A DNA stretch of 64,000 nucleotides from Convolutriloba macropyga (taxonomy: Eukaryota). A program made the position numbers and the translations under genes. Below, piece after piece: positions 51,850-64,000 of this stretch; positions within the stretch are counted from its first letter, which is position 1, and each line of letters opens with the position of its first letter. A model generated the notes under the pieces. That model saw only the letters and a list, made by a program, of their open reading frames with translations. It did no database searches and was not told where the DNA came from. The stretch is taken from assembly GCF_964194025.1 (NCBI RefSeq), contig NC_134470.1:51274001-51338000 (forward strand), given 5' to 3'.

Positions 51850-53054
51850 ATTTACAATTTTTGTAAGTGGAAAACCATTTCAATTAGTTTATTGTTTTGA
51901 ATAAAAATTGTTTTACTAAAGGAAATTTTTTTTGAAAAATGTAAATTTTATAAGGTTTCTAACAAAAAAATGTAAATTTTGATGTTTTTTATTTTTCTAT
52001 ATTTTACATTTTTCAGTTTTTGAAGTTTTTTTTCATGTATAATTTTTAATTCGTTTTTTATTCAAAATTGTTGTTTTACCGAAGAAAATTTTTTCAAATG
52101 TTGTCTTTTACATAAGGTTTTAACCAAAAGTAGACATGCTGTTGTTTTTTTATTTTTCTATTTTCATTTCTCAGTTTTGGAACTTGTTTCACGTAAATTT
52201 TTTAATTCATTTGTTTTTTATTAAAAAAAGGTTGTTTTACAAAAATAATTTTTTTTTAAAAAATGTCGTTTTTAACTTTTAAGGTTTCTAACCAAAAATG
52301 TAAATTTGTTTGTTTTTAAATTTTCTACATTTACATTTTAGTTTTAGAATTTTTTTCATGTAAAATTTTCAAGTTAATTATATTTTTCATTAAAAAGTGA
52401 TCTCACTAAAATAATTTTTTTTCAAAAATGTCGCTTTTTACATAAGGTTTTCAACCAAAAATGTATATTTTGTTTTTTATTTTTTCTATTTTTTCCATTT
52501 TTCAGTTTTGGAAGTTTTTTTTATGTAAAATTTTCAATTTAATTGTTTTTTTATTAAAAAATGTTGTTTTACTAAAATGATTTTTTTTCAGAAATGTCGT
52601 TTTTTACATAAGGTTTTTATCCAAAAATGTAAATTTTATTGTTTTTTTATTTTTCTATTATTACATTTTTTCAGTTTTTGAAGTTTTTATGTAAAATTTT
52701 CAATTTAATTATTTTTTCATTAAAAAATTTTTTTCGTAAGACTTTAACCAAAAATCTATATTTTGCTATTTATTTTTCCATTTCTCTGTTTTGGAAGTTT
52801 TTTATGTAAAATTTTCAATTTAATTGTTTTTTTATTAAAAATGTTAATTTACCAAAAAAAATTTTTTCTCAAAATTGTCGTTTTTTACATTTTTCAGTTA
52901 TTGAAGTTTTTTTCATGTAAAATTTTTAAATTAAATATTTTTTTCATTAAAAAATGTTTTACTAAAGTAATTTTTTTGAAAAATGCCGTTTTTTACATAA
53001 GGGTTTAACCAAAAATATATATTTTTGTTGTTTTTTATTTTTCTATTTTTCCAT
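51850..53054. repeat. Very T-rich degenerate ~165-170-bp tandem satellite running into the gap
   Basis: Motif cataaggttt(t)aaccaaaaatgta recurs at ~51950, 52111, 52280, 52441, 52608, 52737 and 52996. Confidence 0.85.
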
Positions 53055-53254
53055 NNNNNNNNNNNNNNNNNNNNNNNNNNNNNNNNNNNNNNNNNNNNNN
53101 NNNNNNNNNNNNNNNNNNNNNNNNNNNNNNNNNNNNNNNNNNNNNNNNNNNNNNNNNNNNNNNNNNNNNNNNNNNNNNNNNNNNNNNNNNNNNNNNNNNN
53201 NNNNNNNNNNNNNNNNNNNNNNNNNNNNNNNNNNNNNNNNNNNNNNNNNNNNNN
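53055..53254. other. Assembly gap (200 N)
   Basis: N bases. Confidence 0.99.
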
Positions 53255-53321
53255 CAATAAGTCAAAAAAAACTCAACAAAGGAAAATGAATCATGCTCTA
53301 ATTGTCAAATTTTTGTTCCAG

Positions 53322-55390
53322 AAACATCTTCAAGCTCAAAGTTTCGTTCTCTTGAGAAGTCAGAGAAGAAGCGGAAAGAAACGATGGTTGCATCTCGACA
53401 GAAATTGAACAAATCACGAAATGATTACCTGCTCAGCTTACAGGCTCTCACACATTACAGGAACAAACTATTCAATGACGATATTCACGGTCTGTTTGAA
53501 AATTTGACCTGCGAATTCTACCATTTGATGAAGGTTGCATTCAAAAGCCTACATCATGCACAAGTAAAACGCATATCAAACATGGAAATTTGCAACGAGA
53601 AATTGACTGAGAAAGAACGCGAGGTGGATTTTAGGAAGGAATGGGACTCATTGTACGACACCTATGCCGATTGTTTGGAAATTCCCGACTCACGGTTGGA
53701 GTTTTTGCCCGCGTACACGAAAGAGTGCCTGGACAGCATAAGCAGCCTTCAGTTAGACTCTGATATTGAAGAACGATACCCGATAATAATCCAGAACTTC
53801 CAGGCTAACTTGATAAAGAGCAAAGAAATTGAGGACCAAATTGAAGCATCCAAACGGTCGATTGCAAACATGGCAGATAGTATGCGTGTTGATTTGTCAG
53901 ACTATCTTAGTGATTTGCAGAATCTAAGTGGATCTACGGGAACGCTTCAGAACAATGTCCAATGCGATGATAGCCCGGAAGGTGAGAATGGGGCACCCTC
54001 GCTAAATGGTACCCTTAAGGGCTCCGAAATATCATCAGAAGCTGCTATGAAACGTTCCTGGACGAAAATCAAAACTCAGTACAGTAATGTCGTCGCCAAG
54101 TACAAAGAACTGTTCAACTATTCTAACAAGGCTGCAAGATTGAAGGCTAGAAAAGATCTGATTGAGTCGACATTCGGTGGAGCGCTTGAAACGAAGCGAG
54201 ACTCCTACCAATCCATGGCTCTTAAACGGCAAGAAAGTGTTCGAATTACAAAATACGTACCAAGACCAGTGGCTGCAGTTAACGTGAAACTTTTTGGTGG
54301 AGATATTGAGCAGTATTGCAAGGCTATTCAGAAAGACATACCTCCTATTGTGTTAAGCTGCATTGAGTTCATAAGAGAGCACGGTATGTTTACGCAAGGA
54401 ATATTTCGTGTCAATGGTGCTAAATCGACGGTACGATATTTGAAGGACTATTTCGAGGGTGGCGATGACCCGCTTTTGTCGCCCAGCGCAGACTCAAATT
54501 CAGAAGAATATGAAGCAGCAGCTGTTTCAGAACTCCTGAAGCTTTATTTCAGACAACTGCAACAGCCGCCATTGCCGACCGATATCTTAACTTTGTACAT
54601 GAAGTCAAAAGAAGCACAGAACGCGGATTCTGTTGAAACTGATAGTCAAATTTCGTCAAATACCAGCTCAACGTCTGACAAATCGGAAGGGTCATCGACT
54701 TTTTCAGTGAGTGGTAAAACTGTCGAGGAAGTCCTCAAGAACGTGTTATCAAAACTGCCTTACTCGACTATGGTCACGCTAAGGTATCTATTTGCCTTTC
54801 TTCACAGTTTGACTCGCTTCAGTGACGAAAACATGATGGATGCCTACAACTTGGCAATCGTGTGGGGTCCCACTCTGATCAGACCAGAAGCTGAAGATCT
54901 GGTTGCTTTGCAGAACCCGAGTATTGAACTGGTGCAGTTTATGGTCATCAATCATGACCAGGTGTTCCCACAGGATTCGGGATCCCTCTTCTCAGACACA
55001 ACGAGCCGTGTCAGACCAAGGACATTGTCGTTAGCAGAGTGTGGAAGCATGAGCTCATTGGCAGATTCGATTGACACTGCGAGTCCTTACAGTCAGAACA
55101 ATAACAATATCAGCTACGACGCTAACATGTCAGTTTCGCCCATGTATTCACAAGGTTCAAAACTGCCCGCGCCCAAACCCCCGATTAAAACCTCCTCTGG
55201 TTCTGGATTTTCACCTTCATCAGATTCGGCAGAATCGTTGAGCACATCTTCGCACAGCCCAACCACAAGTCCAAAGAACTTAAGACATTTCAGACCAGCT
55301 TCGAGTGTTATAGTGACGTCAGCGGCCTTGGTCTCGCAGCCCGGGGAAGTTGTTAAAGAAGCTGCAGTTATGAATAACCGTTTGGTGTGA
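53322..55390 (+). CDS. SRGAP: srGAP/SRGP-1-like protein, coding exon 2 (rest of F-BAR, coiled coil, RhoGAP domain, S/P-rich tail)
   Basis: Acceptor ttttgttccag at 53321 matches phase 1 (G|AA = Glu). srGAP-like KLNKSRNDYLLSL; RhoGAP motifs KLFGG, IPPIVLSCI, GIFRVNG (arginine finger), LKLYFRQL, NMMDAYNLAIVWGPTL. Confidence 0.93.
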
Positions 55391-55924
55391 CCTATTGTTT
55401 TGCATGAGCCCAAAAACCCTTGAATACTGTCCCTTAAATTGCTTTAAGCGCTCAAACTTGCTCTTTTCGACATGAAAACAATTGCTGGCTCAAACGTAGT
55501 ATTTCAAGATGAGACTGGACGTTTTAAATATGGTTGATATTTTTACAAATGACAAAATATTATTAGTACTAGATAAAAGGAATTGAATAATGAAATAATT
55601 CGTCTATTTTGCCTTCTTTCTCATTGTTTGGGTATGCTATCGTACATTTTCACTGCTATTAGATCAATTAGTGTAATTTTAATTTTCCCATCTAATAATT
55701 TATTTTCCATAAGAACCAAAATTAGGCCGAACTAGGTATTTGGAATCAAAAGACATTCGGTGGAGTGTATAACTCTATCTTGTCAATGTACCGTGCAGTG
55801 CAGCTAAGCTCAAGCTCAACTCGATCTTGGCCAATATCGATGATAAATGTAAATGTTTTCACCTGAACTTCTTATGCCAGTTTTTTCTTGAGGGATCGCA
55901 GCAGGCGCAACTGCTGTAAAAATG

Positions 55925-55986
55925 GACCAGTATTGGATTCGAACCAGCATCTTACTTGCAAGCCTAATGTGCTAACAATGACATCA
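55925..55986 (-). repeat. Decayed tRNA-derived SINE-like fragment
   Basis: ggattcgaacc at ~55936 is the reverse complement of the B-box GGTTCGAATCC; there is a weak A-box-like sequence upstream on -. Confidence 0.35.
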
Positions 55987-56154
55987 ATTGTTAATAAGCT
56001 CTTAAAATAGCTTTCTGAAAGAACATAATTGCAACACGCAAGAAAACAATATTTAAAACGAATGTTTTGAAGTTTACTTTAAAACAGTCGTTTTACCTTT
56101 TCAACGTTTCATCAATATTGGCATTTGGATACATGAGAAATTTAAAAATTTGAT

Positions 56155-58902
56155 TAAGGAGGCTCGGTAATGTGCGTTGGCACAAAGTTCCGACCCCGCT
56201 GATCTACAATTTACTCTTAATTGTCTACCAAATGAGGAAGAGATTTAAGAAAATAACATATCGTTCAACAAACTACTAAATAAAACAATCTGACTTAGAG
56301 GGCCGATGAGACCTGTGACTACCGTAATATCATTACCAGCAAAGACGGCGATAAAAATCAAATAATTTAAATATTAATTACGATCAAACTCGTCCATTTT
56401 TTAAAAACCATTAATAACCAAATTAACATGGCATCAGATGAAACTTATACTATAGAAGTTTAACCTGTAATTCATTAGAAAAAAAATGCTCAATGCGACT
56501 TGACAGCAAGTCGGCAAGAAATGAGCAAAAGGGGCGAAGTTTAATAAAACGTTGCTTTTCCGAAAGGAATTAATGTCAAACTGTTTAGAAACATTATGCG
56601 TCAAATGAAAACATTGAGATCCTTTTATACCTCCATAGAGAGCTATTAAGACCTTTCATTATCCATTACAAAAAGAACGACAAATACAGGCAAAACGAAA
56701 CGATGTCTCAGCCAATTAAACATAAAACTTCGCTAAAAACATTTAAAAATTCTGATTGCGTTTTTTAAATGAACAGAGGACCACTCATTATTGTGATACT
56801 GTGAAAAGAAAAGAAAAACTTACAAAATTGGCGAATATGCTAAAATAGGCAAAAACTAGTTCAATAGATTAGGGATGTGACATTTCTATAGTGATGCTAA
56901 GCTACAAATTAACAGAAATTATATTGGCAAATCTCGGAAATCAATTGTCTGTTTTTAAAAAACAAATTTTTTTCGAAATTCATAGCCAACATAAGCTTTC
57001 GACTAAGAGAGTCGACAGTTTATCTTGCAATTTCTTCGAAAACTAACTGCCGCTGTTATCAGTGGGACTAAGTCATAAGACTATAGACTAACAATAAATA
57101 CAAGCTGAACGAAAAATTTCACAAACAATTTTACGAAACCAGTGTTGAAGCCATTGAGTTTAAAATTTTTACCGCGGGATAACTTAATCTTTGTTTGCGT
57201 CTCCTCTGAACATTATAAAGTCTTTTTGTAAAACGACTATCTCAAAATCACAGCAAAGAGAACCACAAAAATTGAAGTATCTAAATTTCCCAAAACTCAA
57301 TAATGAAATCTCTCAATAATTAGGCTAAATTACGAAAATGATACATTGTAAAAGACGAAAAAACACAAATAAATTTGGTTCTATAGTTGGCCACTGAGAC
57401 CTTTAATTACCCAATAATTTGCATAAGACAACAAAAATTAACAAATACAGGGCAATAAAAAACTCCCAAATTCTGCAAGAGAACGGTGTCGCAGCCCTTA
57501 AAACCATATATTATGCAGACAAAAGTTCAGCTAGGAATTTTGTAACGTGTTCGGCAGTTAGATTGTTAATTAATGTGAGAAACAAAAGAAAAAAAGCAAC
57601 AGCAAAAATGGGGAACTATGCACAAAAATTATAAAATATTGCATTGAAAACTCGTAGTACCAAAATCAAGAAACCGTTTTTCTAAAACAATCTGCAAAAA
57701 ATCTAGGTTTTATTCTATCAGAAACAGTGTTAGATCTGTATTTACTGAGAATAAACTTAAAATTGACAGAAATAAAAATTGTTCAAAAAATCACTGAAAT
57801 TTCCTTCAAACAAATGGCATTCAATGACAAAAGAGACATCAGATAACAAATGAATGCACTGTAGAGCTTCACTTACAACTCTTGAAGAAGGCATTTGGAT
57901 CTTTGATTGATTCGATTCAGATCAGACTTCGAATCAGACTGCAAAAAGAACAACAATTGAAGGCAAAACACGATAATTCAGTTGAAGTTCACTAAAACTC
58001 CATTAAACCATTAGGTTCTCTGAAAACAAAAATTATGTACATTCGGCCACATTTTACGGAAATGCGAGTTGTCAAAAATGGAGCCGTGAATAAAAAATTC
58101 TGTCTGTAATTAACATTAAAAAAGTTTAAAAATGTGAAAAAAAAATCAGCTTTTAAATAAAAATTAAACAATTTCTGATTCTAAGAATCCATGATGATAA
58201 CAAACCTATCCCTGATTTTGCCGCGCGCCCAGCAAACCGCCCAAGTGCTCCAAATGTTTGCGAATTAGACCATCTGTTGAGTGGATTACTTTAAATATTA
58301 AAAAAAATGATGATGATGCTTTTTGTATAATTATCGAGTTAAATTTGGAAAAACGGCAAAATTTCAATTCCAGAAGACTTAAACAGGGCACCAGGTTTTA
58401 ATTAGCTCTTTTTTGGAGTTTTAAAAAGATTGTTCCAGCGGTTTCTAGGTCTGCACTTTCGGCAAAATTAAGCAAAATGGACCAAAACAACATATTTTCT
58501 GCAATTTTTGTAAAGGTCTGAATTTTGAAAATTTTTTCAAACTTTTTAGCCAAAGAAGCTTCATCCAAACAATTCAGCAACAATTTTTTTATCTGTAACG
58601 GTAACAACAGCACTCTACCGTTAAAAATTTTAACTTATTGAATTATATTAGCAAAATTGTGCCCAATTTACGCAAAAATTAATAAAGATGTGAATAAAAA
58701 TTTTCGAGTTTTCTGAAAATTTGAAACCTCGATAACTCACTGTAGAAAAAGAAATTCGAAAATTTTTAACGCCATAATCTAGGATGTACATTTTTTTAAT
58801 GTTTTTTGTCACAACTATTTACGATGAATATATCGATCGGCCAAAATTGACTGAATTTAAAAAAAATCCATTTCAGAATATGGTTCCTCCCTCGGAACAA
58901 TA
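56155..58902 (-). mobile_element. HINE-like family C element in reverse orientation; another family C 3' end on - at ~59447-59500
   Basis: aaggaggctcggtaatgtgcg…gttccgaccccgc is the reverse complement of 38208-38253; cacaactatttacgatgaatatatcgatcggccaaaattgactgaa is the reverse complement of ~34154-34200; 5' end ggttcctccctcggaacaat. Confidence 0.7.
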
Positions 58903-61399
58903 AAAGAATAGATAGATTTTTGTTTCTGAGATTTTATTCTGCTAAATCATAGTGCATTCAACCAACATTCCCGATAAAAATTGAATTGGGAGCAAAATTA
59001 CAAAATATTTTATAATATCACTTGAGGAAACTCAATCTCTGAGTTGTTATCAGAATACAAATTGCATCATGAGAAGGTACCATTTCAATTTTTATTATAA
59101 TAGATGTTTTTAATGATTAGATTCGAAAATGTTTGATGTGGGGCAAAGGCATTTTAAAAAAGTAGTTCATGATTAATGATTGTTTGGCATTCCGAAAATT
59201 AGCAAGAATGATGGTTCCGTTGAAAAAACAACTTTCAAGTGTGCTTTTGAATTAAATCAAAATTAATGTGCTCCTTTGGCAATTCCTGACTTTTGGTGAA
59301 CATTGTAATAAAAAATAGAAATTCCGTAAAAATCGTAGATGAAAAATAGACAGGCAGAAATTGCTTCACGCATAGTAACGTTCATTGTCACCAAATGAGT
59401 TAATTTTTTCCAAATGGAGAGTCGTTAACTCAAAGGGAAAAAACTTCAAAGAGGCTCCAATTTAGATTTGGTACATAATTTTGCGACCCCGCTTATCTCC
59501 ATTTGTGACGTAATTGTCTATTAATTGAAACAGAGATGAATACCTTCAAGTAAAAAAGTTAAAATTTTGTTATTTACATTTTGGCATTTTAAAACAGACA
59601 GAGGTGCTTACAAAAAGAATAATTGTATAATAATTGAAAACAAACTTCTTTTTTCACTACAGTGAACATTAGCAAAAACAAAACAACAGATATGAAATCA
59701 ACTCTAAAGCAATTAGAAAACAATTTAGTTGAGTAAATATTTATTTGACAAGACAAAAAGCTCTAGAAGTCAACCGCTATTCCTTTCTCAAATATTTTTT
59801 AAAAGAAAAGGTTTTTTATCTAACCACTTCATTTTTATCTAATTTGCGTAGCCTTTAATTTCTTATTCTTCTCAAGTTAGATTTATAGGTGAGAGTAGAT
59901 TGATACAAAAAGTCAACAAAATGACTTCGACATGCAAAAATTTTAATTAATTCATGATTCACTGAGAAAACCATTAAACAAGTGACAGAATGACAAAGGA
60001 ACTGCAAAAGTTACTATTTATTGAAATAAATTATGACAAAGTTCTTAAAACGTTTCGATATCAAACGCAACTATTGAAGAGCGACTGTGTCACTTCGTTG
60101 GAGAGCAGTTAAAAGCGGTAATTTACTAGACTAACGAACTAGACTAACTAGACGGCACAACAAAAAAAAGAAACGAAAAGGAGCCAAAACAAAAAGTTGG
60201 GTATTTTTCTTTTTAATGGGAATAGTCTAAATGACGAAATCGTTTGATCTGAGATGAGTTAGGTAAATAGTTCAAACAATACCAAATTGTATAGCCTACT
60301 ATATATAACCTGCCATTATTGAAACTAAAGGACAGGGCAACAGAAGCATCAAAAAAGCTAGGTAAGTTTGAAAAATTCAACGATATTAAAAACCATTTGT
60401 GTCAGCGTAGTTAAAGCTTTCAGAATTCAATTGAAACCATTAAGGAGCTTCTAGAACACCCTAGAGGAGAGTCTATTGATCTTTTGGATTAGAAAAAAGG
60501 AGAAGAATAAGATTATAAAGCTGCCAAAAGTATAATTAAACATCACTGATATTTTTAATAAACTGAAACTTTAAGTTAAGTCATATAAACCATTAACTGC
60601 TCTTTGATAAATTCGAAAATACAATTAGGCATTTTTAGAACAAATAATCCACAATTGTTGTATAAAAAACAATTGTTAGGAAATGAGGAAAGAAAAGAGC
60701 AAAAAACGAAATTCAATTTGCGGTACTTAAACACAGAAAGTTTTCAAAGAGCATAATTTTCTGTTCAACCACAATTTCCCCATTCCACTTCAAAAACCGT
60801 TTGAAAAAACGTTGCACCGTATTTGTCTGCACTTTTATTCCTTTTAACTAGAGCTAGACTATGATCTTTTCTATAATTTTACTTCACATTGACAACAAAA
60901 AGAAGAAAAAAGTACAGGAATCTCGAAGAGACTATGTACCAATACAATTTGAGTTCTTGTTATCTGGAAAAAAATAAATGGGGAAAACTTGAAAACAAAT
61001 TAAAAAGTTAAAACTTGAAAAAAATAATAGCAAGTCTGTGAAACTTCTTGATACGTGTGGCTTCAAAAACGCTTTATATCTGGCTATTACTTTCAAAGCA
61101 AGTAACTTGCAATTCAGAACTTGCTCGAAGATAGGAGACAAAAAGAGGCACAAACATCGATAGATCTTCCAAACTTTGGAACAATTAGTAAACAATTATC
61201 AAAAATAACGCGGACAGTTCTTAAAACTAACGTCTTGAAAAGCAAATAGAGGCTGCTTAAATCAACCTAATCACGCAAAAGAAAAATATTTTGAAAAATT
61301 ACCATGGCCCAAAAAAATTCAAAACTGGACAAAGTGTAACAAATTTTATTAACACTTCGAAGACGTACTTCAAAAATTTTCAAATATGCACAACGTCTC

Positions 61400-61804
61400 T
61401 GTGATACGTATGGATACCTATTATATATCGAAACTCCTATGTGTACTAAATTATTTATCCTCTATATCTATAATTATATCATGCGTTTTATAACTAAAAG
61501 TTATGACTTCTATTTATTCACCTATATTAATATTCCCGTAAGTCTACTAAATTATTTCATATTTTGTTCATACTAGTTTATCATAAGTAATCATAATTTC
61601 ATTTAGTTATCTGAATTCAAGTTACTCTGTAAACGCTCTTCATAATCTTAATCTAGATTTAACAACGGATTCGCGCCGCGTCTCCAAGAATCAGAATTCG
61701 TAATACACAAGTTATTGTGTATTCGCCTAGCAATTCCTATCGTAATCTCGACACCAGTATTCGCAACGCGAATCCTAAAGTATTCAATACAATTAAGTAT
61801 AACA
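61400..61804 (+). repeat. 5' LTR (~405 bp) of the Ty3/gypsy element
   Basis: TGTGATAC…GTATAACA imperfect terminal inverted repeat with TG…CA ends, followed directly by a PBS. Confidence 0.75.
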
Positions 61805-64000
61805 TGGCGCAGTCAGCGACAAAGGACAGCGGCAAATCCCCACTTGGAATTCAACCCTTTTGGGAAAAGGCAACACTAGAACCTCCAATTCGCTGGGAGT
61901 TTTGGAGAATACAGTTGAAACTCGCAATTCTCGCCCGAGAAGGAATTGAAGTAGATCTCCTCTTATTGGACCCCCCAGAACATGTCCTCTTACCTCCTGA
62001 ACCAGCATATGAAGATGCAGTTGACAACCCGACGGCACAATCAGAGCGAGACCGACGTACCCGCAATGAACAAGCAAAAACAGCGTGGAAGAATCAGTGT
62101 CAACGAGTTACAGCAGTTGGTATACTTTGCGGTGATAAACCGTGGAAGTTATGTGATCGGAAAGCATCCTCTTTGATGTACTTGAGCTTAGGCATGGAAG
62201 GTCGGCGCGTATTCAACTCAAAGAATTCGACCATCAATCTTGAAACAATTTCAACGAAAGATCTGTGGGATATTCTCAATACAACCTTCATTCGGATCCA
62301 CAATATAACCTTCGATAGATACCTATTCCTCACCCGAAAACAGCAAAAGGGAGAACCTATTGAGAAATTCTATGGACATCTCAAAGAACTTTCGGAAAAC
62401 TGTGACCTTGGAGATAAAGGAGACACGATCATCCGGGACGTCTTTATTGCAAACATGCAAAATGAAGACATTCAAAAGGAGCTCCTTAAGGAAACAGTTG
62501 ACCCTGAAAAAGCATTGGCAATAGCGATCAATATCGAGATGGGTACGCTCAACCAATTAAAAATGAATGCAAGCAAAACCGAGTCACATTCAACTGTTAA
62601 TCAAGTACAACGGATGCGCATCGCAAATGCTACCCCTTTCTCCAATATGAATACAACAGCACGAAAAAAGCCAACAACCTGTCATTTCTGTGGATCCAAT
62701 TGGACCTCTGACCACCGAAATAAATGTCCCGCTCGGGGAAAAAGATGCAATAACTGTGGTATTGAGAACCACTTCGCAAAAGTTTGCCGAAAACCTAAAG
62801 ATCCCAATTCCTACCCAAAACCTAAACCGCGGGTCAATAACGTAGAAAAGGACGATCAAAATGAAGATGTCAATCAGATTTCGACAAATTTTGATCCTGA
62901 TTTGGAATCAAACTATTCTTCAGATGAAGATAATTGTGTAGCAGCAGTATCCTCAACAGATTCCTCAACTTCAGTGGATGCAATCAATCTTCCTGTAATC
63001 TTTGGTAAAACATCAACAAATGTTTTGGTGGATTCGGGCAGCGTATGCACAATAATAAACGAATCCTTGGCAAACTCCATCTTTTCACATGATTCAAAAT
63101 CGAAGTGGATACGCGATGCGAATCCTAAACAATTGAAAACATTTTCAAACGAACCTATTAATACGGTGGGCATTCTTCAAACTTCAATTCAAAGCAGCAA
63201 TTGGTACGCAAATCCAATAGAAATTCAAATAGTGGCAGACGGACATCGATCTCTATTGGGTAGAGATTTGTTTCCAGCTCTTGGACTCTCAATACATCAA
63301 TCAAGTAACAATGTAACAATTAATCAGGTAGATCAAGAATATTGCCCAATCAAAAAACAGATTGCTATTGATTATCCCGATCTCATCTCCAGAATTGGTA
63401 AGTCCAAAGTACATACAGTTCGTTCAAAATTCCACAAACACTATACTCCATCCCACCAAAAGGGCCGTCGTGTTCCTATAAATTTACTAGACAAAGTATC
63501 TGCTGAGCTGAAGAAACTTTCTGAACAAGGACACATCGAAAAATTACAAGAATGTTCGGATAAAAACTACATTTCCCCCATTGTAATCGCGGTCAAAAAG
63601 GACAAATCTGTAAAGTTAGCTCTTGATTCAAAAATATTAAATAAAGCGATCCACAAAAACAAGTACCAAATGCCAAATATAGATAGTCTTATCGATTCAA
63701 TCTCACAACATATTAATAATTCAAACCTAGGAGATCATGTCTACTTTTCAACGATTGATTTAAAATACGCCTATAGTCAATTAAAACTGCATCCGGATAC
63801 CGCACGTCATTGCAATTTTAATATTTATTTGCGGCGATGCAACTGGCACATATCGTTTTAAAACGGGATTTTACGGCCTTACGGATATGCCGGCTGAGTT
63901 TCAAAAGGCAATGGATTACACATTGGTTGGACTAACTAACACATACTGTTTTCTGGATGACATAATTGTAGTTAGCAAAGTACCAAGGAATCGCACCTCA
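61804..64000 (+). CDS. Gag-Pol polyprotein (Gag with double Cys/His knuckle, aspartic protease, RT), with a frameshift at ~63825
   Basis: CHFC…H…C and CNNCGIENHFAKVC; protease VLVDSGS; RT SPIVIAVKKD…IDLKYAYSQL, continuing in a shifted frame as GTYRFKTGFYGLTDMPAEFQ…YCFLDDII. Confidence 0.92.
61805..61817 (+). promoter_or_regulatory. Primer-binding site, tRNA-Ser-like (TGGCGCAGTCAGC)
   Basis: Starts with TGG directly after the LTR CA; resembles the complement of a tRNA-Ser 3' end (recalled, not searched). Confidence 0.65.

Larger units (their letters stand above)
61400..64000 (+). mobile_element. Ty3/gypsy LTR retrotransposon, Mag-like, truncated by the window end
   Basis: LTR, PBS and a fused gag-pro-RT frame. 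Confidence 0.93.

Noticed and set aside
61793-63173. Minus-strand ORFs within the gypsy element
   Set aside because: Antisense shadows of gag-pol.
63815-63865. Programmed ribosomal frameshift
   Set aside because: It lies in the middle of RT rather than at the gag-pol boundary, and gag-pro-RT are already fused in frame.

Overview
AT-rich eukaryotic genomic DNA, probably from an invertebrate animal (inferred from spliceosomal introns and the TE mix), with two assembly gaps (651-787, 53055-53254). The one confidently identified host gene is an srGAP/SRGP-1-type F-BAR + RhoGAP gene on + with two coding exons (31608-32199, 53322-55390; ~886 aa) joined in phase across a 21.1-kb intron. Two more uncharacterised spliced genes are likely: exons at ~23.1-24.5 kb, and a Q/N/H/C-rich exon at 6.4-6.9 kb with a possible acidic exon at 7.1-7.4 kb. 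Mobile DNA includes the 5' part of a Mag-like Ty3/gypsy LTR element (61400-end), a frameshifted CRE-like non-LTR retrotransposon (29.1-31.1 kb, -), and at least three families of non-autonomous Helentron-type (HINE/DINE-1-like) elements with subterminal inverted repeats and 3' hairpins; one copy carries a tRNA-derived Pol III cassette. A Polinton/adintovirus-type protein-primed DNA polymerase B pseudogene fragment (51.26-51.80 kb) is not visible in the ORF track. The most intriguing block lies inside the srGAP intron (46.8-53 kb): a hairpin-rich 128-bp tandem array, a minisatellite, an ATF/CRE/E-box-dense promoter candidate, a spliced intact ~290-aa orphan ORF with PP1-docking-like (RVxF) motifs, and then the viral PolB remnant. 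All family assignments come from motif recognition by eye; no database search was run.
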